The notes under the pieces are model-generated. The model did not search any database and was not told the origin of the DNA. It saw nothing but the letters and a program-made list of their open reading frames with translations. A stretch of 64,000 nucleotides of DNA. Origin: Octopus bimaculoides. Lineage: Eukaryota. Shown here in pieces: positions 13,117 to 27,510 of the stretch (position 1 is the first letter of the stretch; each line of letters begins with the position of its first letter). The position numbers and the translations under genes are program-made. Where the stretch lies: contig NC_068981.1 in NCBI RefSeq assembly GCF_001194135.2, positions 182,195,697 through 182,259,696 of the forward strand, read 5' to 3'.

Positions 13117-16100
13117 GTAAACTAAATGATGGGTTTAGTCTACCTTCTGAGATCATATAGAGTTCATTTAATAATTTCCGCTCAATCTACATCTACCCAG
13201 CTTCACTACCAGGCTTGTGTCAATCCACAGATATGATAAAAGAAACTTGCTGAAGATACTGTCCATTGGGTTTGAACCTCAAATGACATGATTGTGAAAC
13301 AGCTTTCTTGACCTCAAGGTGTACCTTTTAATGTATCATATTAATTGTTCTGATGAAAGTCATTTTGTAAAAAGAAATGCAATAACAATGTTAGCTATCA
13401 TTGCTCTCTCTGGCTAGCCTTTGTTATATCACCACTGTCCCTGCATTAGTTGGCAACATCAGTCAGGAACTGTATATTTTCTTTCCATCTCCACATTTTC
13501 ACCATAATTATAATTCTTATCTCTTTTCAACCTTATATGTAAATGTAGATCTCTTCTGATTTGGAATGTAATTTCTGTGGCCTAGTGAAATTTAGAGGTG
13601 AATATTATATTTACTTTTTAAATCACAAATGGAACAAGATCTGTTTTATTGTGGCACTAATGCAAAATTATCAGTTCACTTGATTATAAACTTGTCATCT
13701 TATAACTTGTTTAGAAGGCTTGGTTTGGAGTAATTATTTCTTCTTTGGCCTCTTCTTTGGTTATCTAATTTTCTGACAGACCTTAAACACAAATGCATCC
13801 TTTATATTATTAAGTTAATAGTTTGGAAAAGTTAGGTTAATGGTTGAAGCTTCACTTGTTAAATGGGACAAATTTAGTTATTGTGAGATTTGCAATGAGT
13901 GATACATTCCAGAACATTCTGGAATTGTTTTTAAGCATAGCTTAACACCTTTTTATGCTATGCTTCCTTTATCCCCTTTCTACTTCCAGCCACTTTTAGT
14001 TGATGCTGTTGTATAAAAATTGACCAGCTTATTTTGAAATGCACCTTTGTTTGCTGCAAAATTCCAAAAGAAAAATGCCATCTCAATTATTTGGCATAAA
14101 TAAAACTAAATAATCAAATGTTGACTTACAAAGATTAAGAATGCCAAGGAATAAAGCCAATAAAATTTGAAGTATACCACCTAGAATATTCAAAATACCA
14201 ACTTTAAAATGAGGTTAGATAAATATGGTAAAAATGTTGATGAACTTTCTATTATGTATTTTAAAAAATAAATTGCATTCAAGTGGTTTGCAATATACTT
14301 ATCGTTCTCTAATTAATAATATTGGTAATAATGATAATAATAATAATAATTTACGTTCTTCACTCCATAAATTTATTATTGCTTTAAAGCTCATATTTGG
14401 CAATTAACTTCCAATTAATCTGATTATATCAGTTATTCTTGAAACTATTTTCTTGATCACCAATTTCTGAGAAATATTCATTTTTTTTTATAGAAATTTA
14501 AATAGAAGGAATAGTAAACATCCAGACAGGAAATGTACAAAGATAGCAAAAAGTACAATGAAAGTACAGTGATTTAATGGGAAAGCATCATTGAAAAGCA
14601 ACAAATATTATTGCATTAGTTAGCATATGATTTTGTTGAATGGAAAAATGAACAGATCAACACAAGACAAGCACAATTTACAAGATAGGTGTTGAGTCAT
14701 TTGGAATAAAGAAAAGAGATAAGAAGTAGCCAGCCACTATGTATAGCTGTTTGCCTCTATGGTAAATCAGATCTGCATGATTTGACAATTTGAATGGGGT
14801 TGATGATCTGAAGACAAAGGATTTAATATTGTGAATGCTTAAATATTAGTCAGTTGATCTGGTAGTCAGAACCTCATATCAGTGAGATGGATAGGGGCTG
14901 TGAAACCATTGAAAGGGAAAGCTCTGAAACAGTGCACATTGTCTCCTGGTGACCTATGAAACCTACTAATGTCTGGGTGTGCAGAGCTTCCAATTAGCAA
15001 GATGTTTGCAAATCTCAGGTTCAACTGAACATACCTGCATTGAATGTTTATATTCAGTCACTGCCAATCCTCTTTCTATGCTTGTCACTGGGACATGGAA
15101 AGGACAGAATGTGGCAGACACCTCTTCCACAATAAACTTATGAATGAAGAGAATGTTAGTCTGTTGTAATCAATGTCTCCAAATGATTCATTCCCAAAAG
15201 CCACAAAATGTTCCCCACTGCCCCACCTCTCACAAATACATAAGAATATCTGCAATGGCTTTGAACTTAGAACTTTAAAGCAAGTACCACAATACTTTAT
15301 ATACACTTAACCAGCTAATTTCTGAAAATCCCAATGTTTTTTTTTTAATAATTAATTCTTTGTATAATACTCACCGATGCTGAAGTAGACTATTTTTCTA
15401 CATTTTTAAATATTCATATGTCACCAATGAGACTGCTTTCCATTGTTATATAATAGGACTAAAACAGGAGATTTCATTTATTCATCTCCAGTACAAATTC
15501 CCTGTAATCTGTAATTTAATTGTTCAAAACTTGTAAAAACTGATCTGCTGTCAATGTAGTCCTTTATTATGGAAATTTAATTTGAGTGTGTCTGGTGGTG
15601 GGGATGGGCTCATATTGGTTTATAGACTTAACTATAATGGCTTAGTATTTTAGAATTTCTCATTGTACCAGATTACACTGTTCCTTTTTATTTTCTCTCT
15701 CTCTCTTTGGCTACTATTGTTTTGCTGGTGTCTGACAAAAAAACTATTTTGCTGTGTGTACTTTACATAGATATTAATTATTACAATTACGCATCATTTC
15801 TTTCGCCATATTGACTAAGTCTCTCCTTTTATATGTTAGCAGTATTTTATTATTGAAAAACAACCTAGAAAATAGCTGTTTTAGAGAGATTTCAAAAATT
15901 TAATTATATAAGTTTGTTTTGTAAAATTGGCTTCCAGTCAAGTTAAAGCACTCAGTTAACATTTATTTATTTATTTATTTAGCTGCTTTTGTGCATGTGA
16001 ATTCTCTTCTGTTATAGACAGGACAGATTTATAGACAAATTATTCTTAATGATGTATCAATGTTTTAATTAGTTACACATCATCTTGTTTCATATGACAA

Positions 16101-16509
16101 AATATGATTAAATAAGAGTGTGTGTGTGTGTGTGTGTGTTACATAATCTGTAAACTTTAAAATATACTTCAATGTGTGAAATAAGATATTATTTTTCTGT
16201 TCGCTCAGTAAAAGTCTGTGGGTTTTTTTACCCTTTTCTATCATGACTTTTTAACTTCATTTTTATTTTCATGGTAAATACTGAATGAATTTCATTTTGA
16301 CCTTCAAAGCTTTCACTGTAATCTTTTCTAATAAGCTTACTTATCATGAGAGCTGCTGTCCTAATGATAATTTTAATACATTGCATAAACTATTATCAGT
16401 CTGAACAGTATTTTTTTAATACATATTTTTTATTGCTACCATTTTATGCAATAGAAAAATAAGACAGTCTCTTCAGGTTTCATCCTAAATAAATATAAGT
16501 AAACACTCA

Positions 16510-16848
16510 ATGTCTCTTTCTCTTGGCACTTGCGCCAGTGGCACGTGAAAAGACATTCGAGTGAGATCGTTGCCAGTGCCGATGGACTGGCTCCTGTGCA
16601 GGTGGCATGTAAAATACACCATTTTGAGCGTAGCCGTTGCCAGTAGCGCCTGACTGGCCTTCATGCCGGTGGCACATAAAAGCACCCACTACACTCTCGG
16701 AGTGGTTGGCATTAGGAAGGGTATCCAGCTGTAGAAACTGTGCCAGATCAGATTGGAGCTTGCTGCAGCCATCCGTCCAACTCAGTCAAACCGTCCAACT
16801 CATGCTAGCATGGAAAGCAGACGTTAAACGACGAAGATGATGATGATA
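16510..16848 (+). mobile_element. RTE LINE 3' UTR fragment (5'-truncated)
   Basis: Matches the 3' UTR of the RTE copy at 38791-39897, including internal ggcacgt repeats and a (GAT)n tail. Confidence 0.85.
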
Positions 16849-17404
16849 GCTTTGATACTTGGACCTGATTGCATATCTTTGCAGTAACCTAAACGGAATT
16901 CTCCAGTAGAGAAACACATGACGTGTTATATTCTATGTTTCCAAGACCATTCTAGTTTCTTTCCACCATTATTATGAAATTCCTGGTCTTCTCTCTATTT
17001 TGATGGACAGAAGAGATGATTTGGTGTGGCTCTTTGAATGCTGAAGATTTAGTATGGCTGACTGGACATTCGTTCTGTTTTGGTAACAGTATGTTTTTGC
17101 TCAGGAGGCAAACACACATGCACACAGAAATATACACCCACAGATTGAGGGAGAGAGACTTTACGATTTATTGTGCCCAACTGACAAATACTTCACCTCC
17201 CTTCATACACATAAACAAAGAAAGAGAGAAAGAGGAGAGAAAGAATGAGAGAAACATTAAAGCAACTAATGTCAAATAAGTCAGCACTGAATCAGCAATG
17301 CCAAATAGGTGGAGCCAAAACTGCTGTGCCAAAGTATCTCATACCCTTTAAAAAAGATAGGACAACTAGTCTTCCTGGTTTGGAAGATTTAAGACTCTTA
17401 GGTT

Positions 17405-17632
17405 TTAAACCTTTTGTATTTAAACTAGCCATATCTGGCCCAAATATTCTACCTATTTTATGTTCAAACTGATCAGATCTGACCTCTCCTACCTACCCTA
17501 CAATGTCATTCTAAAAATAAGCAAATACATCATCAGAATCTCAAAGCTGTGAAATAATAAATGTTTAATTTAAAACAATGTGAATACAGAAGCATTACAT
17601 TTGACAGCATAATCTGAATGCTAAAAGGTTGA
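17405..17632. mobile_element. TTAA-flanked MITE (diverged)
   Basis: Internal sequence colinear with 12164-12391; TIR-like ends ttaaaccttttgtatt / aatgctaaaaggtt. Confidence 0.75.
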
Positions 17633-18439
17633 AAGATAGGACTGCTGGTCTTATTTTGAAAGTTTTAAGACTCTTAAATTTTAAACTCAGACTTCATTTG
17701 AGATGAGACTCCTGCATTATGTTTGTTGCCTGGATGGAAGCTAGAATTCTGATTTCATTCTACCATTCAAGAAATTTCCTAACACCTGAAAGTTTTACTG
17801 TATCTCTACAAGAGCAAGATGCACTCAAAAATAGAGTACTGCTCATGCATTTTGGCAGGGTTTTTTTTTCCAAACATGTACCCTCTGTTCTTGATAGAAT
17901 ACAATTCTGTGCACAAAGATTTTCATTTTCTTTTTCCAGAACAGCTGAATTGTGACATAAACTCTCTCTTTCTATTGTTTTCTTGTATAACATGACCGTG
18001 ATCTCCTTACATTTAGAATTAATACTCAACTTACTTAATGTTGGCAGTTTGCTTCCTTTTGATATTTTTATCACTTCTTTTATTACCATCTCATTTTATT
18101 TCATTTTATTAACACCTTTATTTTCACCTCAGTTACCATACTTTAATGCCATCAGTTCTCTATCATCAGCAACTCATCATATTTCATTCAACTCTTTTAT
18201 GAATAATTTTATTACCATCTTATATTTACTTTCTGGAATATGCAAGAACAATACAGAGATTTTATAACATTAATGCCACACACACACACCCTTCCCCTAA
18301 TGCTTTGCCTAGAAATGGCATATGAATCATGCTTGAGATGATTTCAAGGAAAGACAAATAAATAAAAACAATCCTAAATTTGAGAATTTCTCCTCGTCGT
18401 TTGTCTTCGAAGCCTAGAAAACAATATGGTGTCAACACA

Positions 18440-18655
18440 TACTAGGGTGAGTCAAAAAGTAATGCCATTTTGTTTAGGACAGGTATAATTAACAACACAG
18501 GAATATGTATCATACATCAAAATGAAGCTGGTCCTCCGTGGATCACATCCCTACTTCTTAACATAGTCACTGTTTCTCTCAATAGCAATGTTCCACCTTC
18601 AAATGAGAGCATGTGCTTTTCTTTGGTGGCAAGTTTCCATTTCTCTTCCAACAAA
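18440..18655 (+). mobile_element. Mariner-type terminal fragment
   Basis: TA followed by ctagggtgagtcaaaaagtaatgcc, resembling mariner TIRs; partner TIR not seen. Confidence 0.5.
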
Positions 18656-18807
18656 CACACACACACATAAAATGAAGTCAAACCAAGTAATGATATTTAT
18701 ACATTTAATAATTGTGCAGTAAATTAAAAAGGGAATTTCATGCAATATCTTCCTCAATTAAGACATATCAAAATTCTAGTAATGTGCATTGTTTCTATGC
18801 ATAACAC

Positions 18808-18865
<58 letters not shown>

Positions 18866-18871
18866 CATACA

Positions 18872-19060
18872 CAAGGTGGCCCAAAACTAGGTTTGCAGTT
18901 ATTCAACTATTTCTTTCACATTAACAGTTTAGATCTTAATTATAAAAAAATTAACTAAATTCTAAGCTAATTTACTTAATTGTTAGATAGAAATTTAAAT
19001 GTAATAAAATGTTTTAAAAGAAATTTAAAGTGCCTGCGTGCTAACTTTTGGGCCACCCTG
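18872..19060. mobile_element. Tc1/mariner-type MITE
   Basis: TIRs caaggtggcccaaaactag (from 18872) and ctaacttttgggccaccctg (19041-19060) followed by TA; AT-rich interior; sits next to a (TA)n run. Confidence 0.8.
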
Positions 19061-20149
19061 TACACACACACACACACACACATGCGCGGCTGGCTTCTTT
19101 CAGTTTCCATCTATCAAGTCCACTCAAAGGACTTTGGTCAACTCAGGATTATAGTACTAGACACATGCCCAAGGTGCTGCACTGTAGAACTGAACTGAAG
19201 ACCACATAGTTGGGAAGCAAGCTTCTTAACCACATAGCCACATATGCATCTGTGTGTGTAACAAATTTTCAGTTTTTTTTTGGGGAGGGGGGTTTTGGTG
19301 GGGACGAGACTATTATATGGAACCTTTTAGGTTAGATAGTAGAAATGTATGAAATGTGTGAAGGTGTGGAAAAATTGGACAGATTTTAAGTGCTACCTAA
19401 GTACATCAGACATTTTGTTGTATTGATATGTCAACAAAGATGAGCATTTACTGCTGAGTCATATCAGCATAGAACTAGCAAAGCTCTGACAAGTTAACTG
19501 AATTGAAGTGCCAGAAAGTTCATGGTTCAGCCAGGAAGCTGTTCTGGGGTAGGAAAATGTGAAATATATGTATTGGGCAGTGAATTGTGATAATCGTTTG
19601 TGTGTGTGTGTGTGCGTGTTTCTTTTACCTTTTGACACTTTACATTCCCACACAGTGGCATTTTGCTAAAAAGAGACTGATAGAATAAGTACCATTTTTT
19701 TTTTTAAAGAAAAAGGTACTAGTGTTAATTTAATTCACAAAAAAAAAAAAAAAGATCTGAAAAAGAAATGCTCCAGTATAGCCACAATCTAATGACTGAA
19801 ACAAGTACAAAAATACAGTTATAATTTATATATTATACCTTGAACTCCAAAACTGAAGGCAACCATATTTGGATATCATAAGAATTACTGAAGCTCCTGT
19901 CAGGAAATTTTAAACTTCAGGGGTGGCTATGTACTGCTTGTCATGTAAATGCAATATCTGGGGAGGGGGAGAGAGGGGGGGAATAATGGTTATAACATTC
20001 TATGTAATGAACCTAAGAAAACACCAGGGAATCTTCTAGCAACAATGTTAACTGTTGGAAAATATGTTGGCATTTTTTTTCACTGACTCTTTTGAAGTCT
20101 AACAAAAAGAAGAAAAATATTCCTTATAATTTTTTTTCTTTTTTTTTAT

Positions 20150-20546
20150 GTTCTTTTATTTGTTTCAGTCATTTGACTGCAGCCATGCTGGAGCACCACC
20201 TTTAGTCGAAGATATCGACCGCAGGTCATATTCTTTGTAAGCCTAGTATTTATTCTATCGATCTCTTTTGCCGAACTGCTAAGTTACAGGGACATAAGCA
20301 CACCAACATCGGTTGTCAAGTGATGGTAGGGGGACAAGCACAGACACACAAACATATACATATATATATATATATATATATACACACGATGGGCTTCTTT
20401 CAGTTTCCATCTACCAAATCCACTCGCAAAGCTTTGGTCGGCCCAAGGCTATAGTAGAAGACACTTAACCAAGATGCTACACAGTGGGACTGAACCTGAA
20501 ACCACAAGGTTCAAGCTACTTACCACACAGCCACTCCTTCACCTAT
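20150..20546 (-). mobile_element. SINE-B1, full length
   Basis: Complete head, (TA)n hinge and tail; close match to 45344-45726. Confidence 0.9.
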
Positions 20547-20699
20547 AAGTTTTTTTGTAGTCATTGAGCTAATTGGTAAAATCTTTCTGCAACTACCATT
20601 GTTGTTTTTTGTTGAGAGGTGCTCATCTATTTTAAATGGGCAGAAGCACTAATAACTAATAAAACTCATTAATATTATAAAGACAGTGTTCCAGCGCAC

Positions 20700-20875
20700 A
20701 AGTCCTTGGTTGAGTACCCTCTCTATTCTCCTGATTTGGCCCCAGTTGACTTCCCCAAGGAACTAGTATCACAGTGATGATTTTTGTTTTACCAACAGAA
20801 TGAAAGTTTCTTTACCGATGGAATCCAAGCACTGAAACACTGATGGAAGAAGTGCGTGGGCTGCATGGAAGGTGG
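20700..20875 (+). pseudogene. Mariner transposase C-terminal relic
   Basis: Reads EYPLYSPDLAPVDF (YSPDLAP motif) and, after deletion, FFTDGIQALKH*WKKCV (GI.AL..RW.KCV pattern). Confidence 0.8.
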
Positions 20876-22344
20876 TGGTGGTGGTAGCTGTGTTGAATAA
20901 TAGACCTCGTTTGGTTACATTCCATGAGAATATCTTGGCCAGCCTGTGAACTACTCAGCCAACCTTTGTATCTTTATATCCAACTTAATGTGGATGTCTC
21001 ATTAGAACACTGAAAATTGTGTCTTTAGCTTTGAGAGGTCCCCTTATATAGGTGCTTAAGCTTGAAAAAAAAAAAACAAAGGTTAGGATTAGGAAGGGCA
21101 TATGGCCATAGAAAACTGCCTGAAGAGGCCTGGTCCGACCCATACCAGCGGTGAAAAAGCAGATGTAAAAATGATGATGGTGGTATATTATTTTACTATG
21201 TTGATAGGGACTTCACAGTTTAGTTGCTTTTCTCTGCTGAAATTTCAAAGTCACGGCCTATTTTTACCTTGTAAAAATAAGTTACTCTAGTTAAAGTATT
21301 GACTGATCCTTCAATAAATGTTTGATAGTTTGTTTTATTTTTATACATAAAACCAAATGTCAATGTATACATTTTATATATCGTCATCATCGTATGATGT
21401 CTGTTCTTCCATATACTGATATTGTTATATATAAAACAAGATGAGAAGCAAAACTTGTAGTACCAGACAATTTGATTCTTACAATAAATTCAACTCTTCT
21501 CTCAGAATTGAGTCAGTAAACATTCTGTTCTTAAACCAGTTTTAAAATAATGATGTTTTAATATGTCTTCATCATCATTATCATCATTTAACATCCATTT
21601 TCCATGCTGGCATAGGTTTGACAGAAGCTGTCAAGCTCTCCTGTCAACCTTGGCATAATTTCTATGGCTGGATGCCTTTCCTATTGCCAACTACTTTACA
21701 GAGTGTACTGGGTGCTCTTTTGTGTGTCTGTGTAAAATTAATCAAGTAAATGTTTGAGAACTCTCAACTCACTCATCACACACATATAAGTCATACATTT
21801 CTCCTGTTAACTTAATCCTGTTATTCTTAATCCAATCAGCTTCTTTCTTATGTATGTGTGTGTGTGTGTGTTGGGTATTTTTAATTGTGTTTTTATTATT
21901 CACCCCACCCCTCTTATTTTTGTGCATTTCCGCACTATCCATTTGTTTAATCTTGTATGTATGAGTGCATGATACAGAACAAGAAATTTAGCACTTTATA
22001 GGTATATATTTGTAATTATTAGCGCTTAATGGAAGAGAATTAAAATATAATTCATTGACTGCAAAAAACCCTCATTGAAAGAAATCAACATGTTTTTTAT
22101 AGTTTTATAAACTATACATATAGCGCTAAATATAAAATAAAGTAAAATTATTTAGTATACCGATTCGTACCAATACAAAGAATATTGACTTAAAGTTTAT
22201 CAGAATATTTGAAAAAAGGACAGAAAAAAATTTCACAGAAGGCCAATGGGGTCCAGTTGGACCCCAATGACCATATTTTATACTATAACATCCATGACTG
22301 GAAATTTTTAACTCAAAATTTGTATGTGCATACATAAACTATTG

Positions 22345-22637
22345 ACAATGTTGCCAGTGCCACTGGACTGGCTCCTGTGCAGGTGGCACGTAAAAAACAC
22401 CATTTTGAGCGTGGCCGTTGCCAGTACCGTGTGACTGGCCCTTGTGCTGGTGGCACGTAAAAGCACCCACTACACCCTCGGAGTGATTGGCATTAGGAAG
22501 GGCATCCAGCTGTAGAAACTCTGCCACATCAGATTGGAGCCTGGTGCAGCCATCCGGTTCACCAGTCCTCAGTCAAATCGTCCAACCCCTGCTAGCATGG
22601 AAAGCAGACGTTAAACAATGATGATGATGATGATGAA
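22345..22637 (+). mobile_element. RTE LINE 3' UTR fragment
   Basis: Close match to 16510-16848; (GAT)n tail. Confidence 0.85.
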
Positions 22638-22749
22638 TAAAAGTCATGAGATATAAAATCATTTAAATAAAAAAATGTAAAAGTTGCATAACTTTTAAAA
22701 TTTGCTAGGGTCCCAAGGCAACCCCACCAGCCCATGAAGGGTTAAGACA

Positions 22750-22935
22750 GCAAGCTGGCAGAATCATTAGCACACTGGGTAAAATACTTAGCGGCATTTT
22801 GTTCATCTTTACATTTTGAGTTCACATTCCACTGGGGTCAATTTTACCTTTCATTCTTTCAGAATCAATAAAATAAGAACCAGTTAAAAACTGAGGTTGA
22901 AATTGCTGGCCTTGTGCCAAAATTTGAAATTATCA
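22750..22935 (+). mobile_element. SINE-C copy
   Basis: gcaagctggcagaatcattagcac...gagttcacattcc...ttgctggccttgtgccaaaatttgaa. Confidence 0.8.
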
Positions 22936-24039
22936 TCATCGTCGTCATCATTAATTTTGTTTTATTATACTGTTGAATATGTTTTAAGTTTTGATAATAA
23001 ACCAGTTAATCTTCAAAACTGAAAATAGATTCAATCCCAATTAGCACTTCATTCATCTCAATAAGACTGAGATATAAAACAAGACATCTGAAAATCTTAT
23101 GAGTATCTCCTTGATGTATTTACACTTGTTTTTCCATGTTTCTGTTAATCTATAAAGTTGGATCAAAATACTTTATAGCTTAAAACTTCCACTCATGAAG
23201 CAGGAGAATTCTGTTAATAAAATCTTAAGCTGATTTAAATCCCACTCACCCCACCCCTACCCCATCCCTTTCCACTAGTACTGTTGCTGTCACTTGATTA
23301 CCTTTTACATGTGTGTGATTAATTAAATCTAACGTCAGGTTCTATAAAATTGATCTGTTTCCTTTCATCTTCATCAATGAACTGACTGGTAATAGTTATT
23401 GCAAGAAGAAAAGGTGTTTGTATTATTTAATCTTAAATGTTGAGCCTGTTCATCGGGAAACAAACATCATACAAAGATTTGTAGTCTTTATCCCAAAGCA
23501 AGCATAAATGCTTCAGCTATATAAAAGCTGACAAGGTGTGAATATTCAGGTGCTTGATGCATAAAAATGGCCCATAACTTATTGATTGTTAGGACATCAA
23601 CGTACTGACTGTGCAAGTCAATATGGTAAAGTCTTATCTCCACAAACTATAGTCAACAGCTGGAATTTTCACATGCAATGAGTAAATGAAGTGAAATGCT
23701 TAACTTGGAGTCAAACCCACTTTTCAGAATCATGTTATTGGTAGTTACTCCCAATCTTTTCTTTCCTAGAACTTCAATTGTATGTAAATTTGTCTTTGCT
23801 TTTGTTTAGCTTACAGGCGTCGACCTCAATTATCTGGAAAGGATGTGCAACTGCTATAAAAACTGCCCATCTTCTATAGATCAAATATTTAAAGAAAATA
23901 ACCATACAGATTTCTCTTTGATTTTCTCACTAAAATCCTTTCACAGTACTTCTAAATCAGCATCATTTTGTATCTGCTTTCCATGCTGGCATGGGTTAGA
24001 TGCATCATCATAGTCGAAGCCATTTACATAGTAAACCCC

Positions 24040-24079
<40 letters not shown>

Positions 24080-24144
24080 ATCTATCTCTCTCTCTCTCTC
24101 TCTCTGAAATGTTATATGTATATAAAATTTTGTTTCCATATAGG

Positions 24145-24510
24145 TATAGCAATGTGGAAAGAAGGTTGCTTCCCAACCACATGATTCCAGGCTCAGTCCT
24201 ACTGTATGGCATTTTGGGCAATTGTCTTCTATAGCCCTGGACCAACCAAAGCTTTATGAGGTAATTTGGTAGATGGAAACTGTGTGGAAGCCCCCTTGTG
24301 TATATGATGTGTGTTTGTTTTCGTCTCCCACCACTGCTTGAAAACTTGTGCTGGTTTGTTTACATCCTCTGTAACTTAGCAGTTTGACAAAAGTGAATGA
24401 TAAAATAAGTACCAAACTTTAAAAAAGAAGCACTGGAATTGATTTATTCAACTAAACTCTTTAGGGTGGTGCCCCAATATGACCAAAACAAATAAAAGAT
24501 AAAAGAAATG
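24145..24510 (+). mobile_element. SINE-B1 (diverged)
   Basis: Head, microsatellite hinge and gtaacttagcagt...ggtggtgcccca tail. Confidence 0.75.
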
Positions 24511-25527
24511 CCTACAAAGGATTTTGCTTGCTTATTGAGCACACTCTTTATAATTTTCCTAATTTCTGACTCACCACCACCACCACCACCACCAAGTTGC
24601 TTCTTTCTTCACATTGCAGTGATCTCAATACTGAACTAACATAAAGGGGAAAAAATGTCTGAAATAAATTAAATGTTGCAGCTGTTATGCTTCGTTAGTT
24701 TTAACTAACTTACATTACTCAACTTGTTTCCATTCAGTTCTACTGAACTAGAAAACAGGTCTCTCTGTAAAGTAATTACCATTGTTACTTCATGGTTAAT
24801 TGGTCACCAGGAGGATGTATAACCAACTGTTAAGATTTTACTTCCAAATTGTACAAATTTTTAAAGATTGCCAACCCCTTATCAACCTTCCGAGCATAGA
24901 AAATTGAATGTGAAGCAACTAAAGAGAAATTAGTTAGTCATATTGCTGGTACATTTCTTGATAAAATTCACTGAGCATAAAAATTCTTACCAATGCTTTT
25001 GCATATTAAATAATTTTAGCTGATTTTTTTTTTCTCTCTCTCTCTCTCTAGCTTCAAGATCATATTTCTGAATAAAAAATTTAATGCTTAAATTCTTTGT
25101 GTTTAAAGACTGGTTCTGCTAAAATTCCTGATAGCAAAAACTGTATGTCAGTGAGTTGTAAAACATGTCACTGTTTTCAGTGTTTATAGTCATGCCAAAA
25201 GTTTGTTGACTAAATTAAATAATTAGCTAGCTTTATCTTGAAGATTTTAAATGTACCATTTATTGCATTAATTTCAGCACTAATTGCCTGGAAATAAGTA
25301 TTTTATTGTTTCAAAATTGGATTAGCAGAATTGGTAGAGCATCTAGCAGTATTTAGCTTCAATACTTTACATTCCAGCTTCAAATCACATTTTACCTTTG
25401 TTCCTCTGGGATTGATAAAATAAAGTACCAGTCTAATATTGGATTTGAGGGTATCAACTAATACCCACCTCTTGTGCCAAAATTTGAAAGCTTTATTATT
25501 ACTATTATTATTATCATTATTATTATA

Positions 25528-25755
25528 AAGGCGGTGAGCTGGCAGAACCGTTAACACATCAAGCAAAATGCTTAGTGGTATTTCATCAGTCTTTACATTA
25601 TGAGTTCAAATTCCACCAAGGTTGACTTCACCTTTCATCCTTTCAGGGTTGATAAATTATGTACCAGTTGTGTACCGGGGTTGATCTAATCAACTGGTCC
25701 CCTCCCTGAAAATTTTAGGTCTTGTGCCTATAGCAGAAAGGATTATTATTATTAA
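25528..25755 (+). mobile_element. SINE-C copy with (ATT)n tail
   Basis: ggcggtgagctggcagaaccgttaac...gaaaggattattattatt; flanked by further C fragments. Confidence 0.85.
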
Positions 25756-26934
25756 GGTGGCAAGCTGGCAGAATCGTTAGTACAGTAATCATTAGTACAG
25801 AATCATTAGTACAGAATCATTAGTACAGTAAGCTAAATGCTTAGCAGCTCTAACTTGAAAGCTTTTAGTCAAACAATTGTATCAGTACTTGAGTAGGGGG
25901 TGAGTTGGGTACTTCTTCTAGCAGTCTCTTTTGCAGAGCCATAAACAAACCAACACTGGGTATCAAGCAGTGGGTAGGGGTGACAAACACAGAACAGACA
26001 CACACACGTGCACGCACATGGCAGGCTTCTACACAGTTTTCATTTACCTAATTCACTCACAAGGCATTGCTTGCCCTGGGGCAATAAGAGACACCCAAAG
26101 TGTCATGCAATGGGACTGAACCTGAAACTACATAGTTGTAAAGCAAGCTTCTTAACCGCACAGCCATGCTTGTGCCTATACAGCAGTATTGTCAACACCT
26201 TTCATATCCAATCAGAATTCTCTGTTCATTTGTGCCACACAGATCATCCAATAGACTCTACTTAACTCATTCTTCTTGAATCAAGATGGATTATCAGCTT
26301 CATTTCCCCAGGTTTTATTGAAAACCATAACTTGAGAAAGAGAGGAGTTCATTTACTTTAGGCTTTATTTTATTTAAATATTTACTGTCTTCTTTATGCA
26401 ACATCAATGAATCGTTGAATTTGTTTATCAATAATAAAGCAGTAAACTACTTTCCACTGTTTGCAAAATTGTGTAATATCAAATGTGTTTTCATTCAATT
26501 TTAAAGTTGGAACATACAAGTCTCATGATCACACCTTTGAAGTATCTATGACCATAAAACTAAGACAATAATGAACTTTATAAAGATAGCATTGTTGAAA
26601 GGCCAAGTTTGTCAATAATAATGAAATTAATTTGAAGAAAACTGGAATAGAAAATTTACTATTAATTACCTTTTTTTATTTTGAGTCAATACAATGTGAT
26701 GGTGAGGCATTTCTATCCCTGCACTAAATTTCATTAGATACGTGATGTTAACGAAGTAGTGAATTGTCAGTTTATTGTTAATGTACTCAAAACCACACCA
26801 AAGCATTTCTCTGGATGGCACACTATATTCTATTAGGTTGGGAAGTGAGTCCTACTGTATTCCAAGATGGGAAAGAAACAAAATTCTTCTTTGATCTTAA
26901 TTGAAATATTCAATCAAGATATTTCCACTCATTA

Positions 26935-27140
26935 AAGCAGCAAACTGGCAGAATTGTTAGCATGCTGGGTAAAATACATTTTGTCCGTCTTTATGTTCTG
27001 AGTTCAAATTCTGTCAAAATCGACTTTGCCTTTCATCCTTTTGGGACTGATAAAATAAATGCCAGTTAAACACGAGCAAATATAATCGACTTACCCTGCC
27101 CCCAAGATTGCTGGCATTGTGCCTAAAATTGAAATCAGTA
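26935..27140 (+). mobile_element. SINE-C copy
   Basis: Family motifs ttctgagttcaaattc and gactttgcctttcatcctttt present. Confidence 0.8.
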
Positions 27141-27255
27141 TTTCCTCTCACTATTGATAACATAATCCCCTCTTTTTGACAAATTGTTGATCTCTCGGGT
27201 GTAACATTTTTCAGGTTTCAAAAGCTAAGAAATGCTCAGTATCGTTTTTGACCTC

Positions 27256-27256
<1 letters not shown>

Positions 27257-27305
<49 letters not shown>

Positions 27306-27510
27306 TGTTTAATGTCCATTTCCCATGTTGGCATGAGTTGGACGATTTGACTGATGTCTGAAGAGCCAGTGGCTGCACCAGGCTCCAATCTGATCTGGCA
27401 ATGTTTCTACAGCTGGATTCCCTTCCTGACACCAACCACTCCAAGAGTGTAGTGGGTGCTTTTTACATGCCACTGGCACAGGGGCCAGTCAGGCATGCCT
27501 GGCATCGATC
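27257..27510 (-). mobile_element. RTE LINE 3' UTR fragment with long (ATC)n tail
   Basis: Reverse complement of the RTE terminus; (ATC)n at 27257-27306. Confidence 0.85.

Noticed and set aside
25785-25830. Triplicated aatcattagtacag unit, superficially CRISPR-like
   Set aside because: No spacers; local slippage inside a SINE-C head. No CRISPR array or cas gene in the window.
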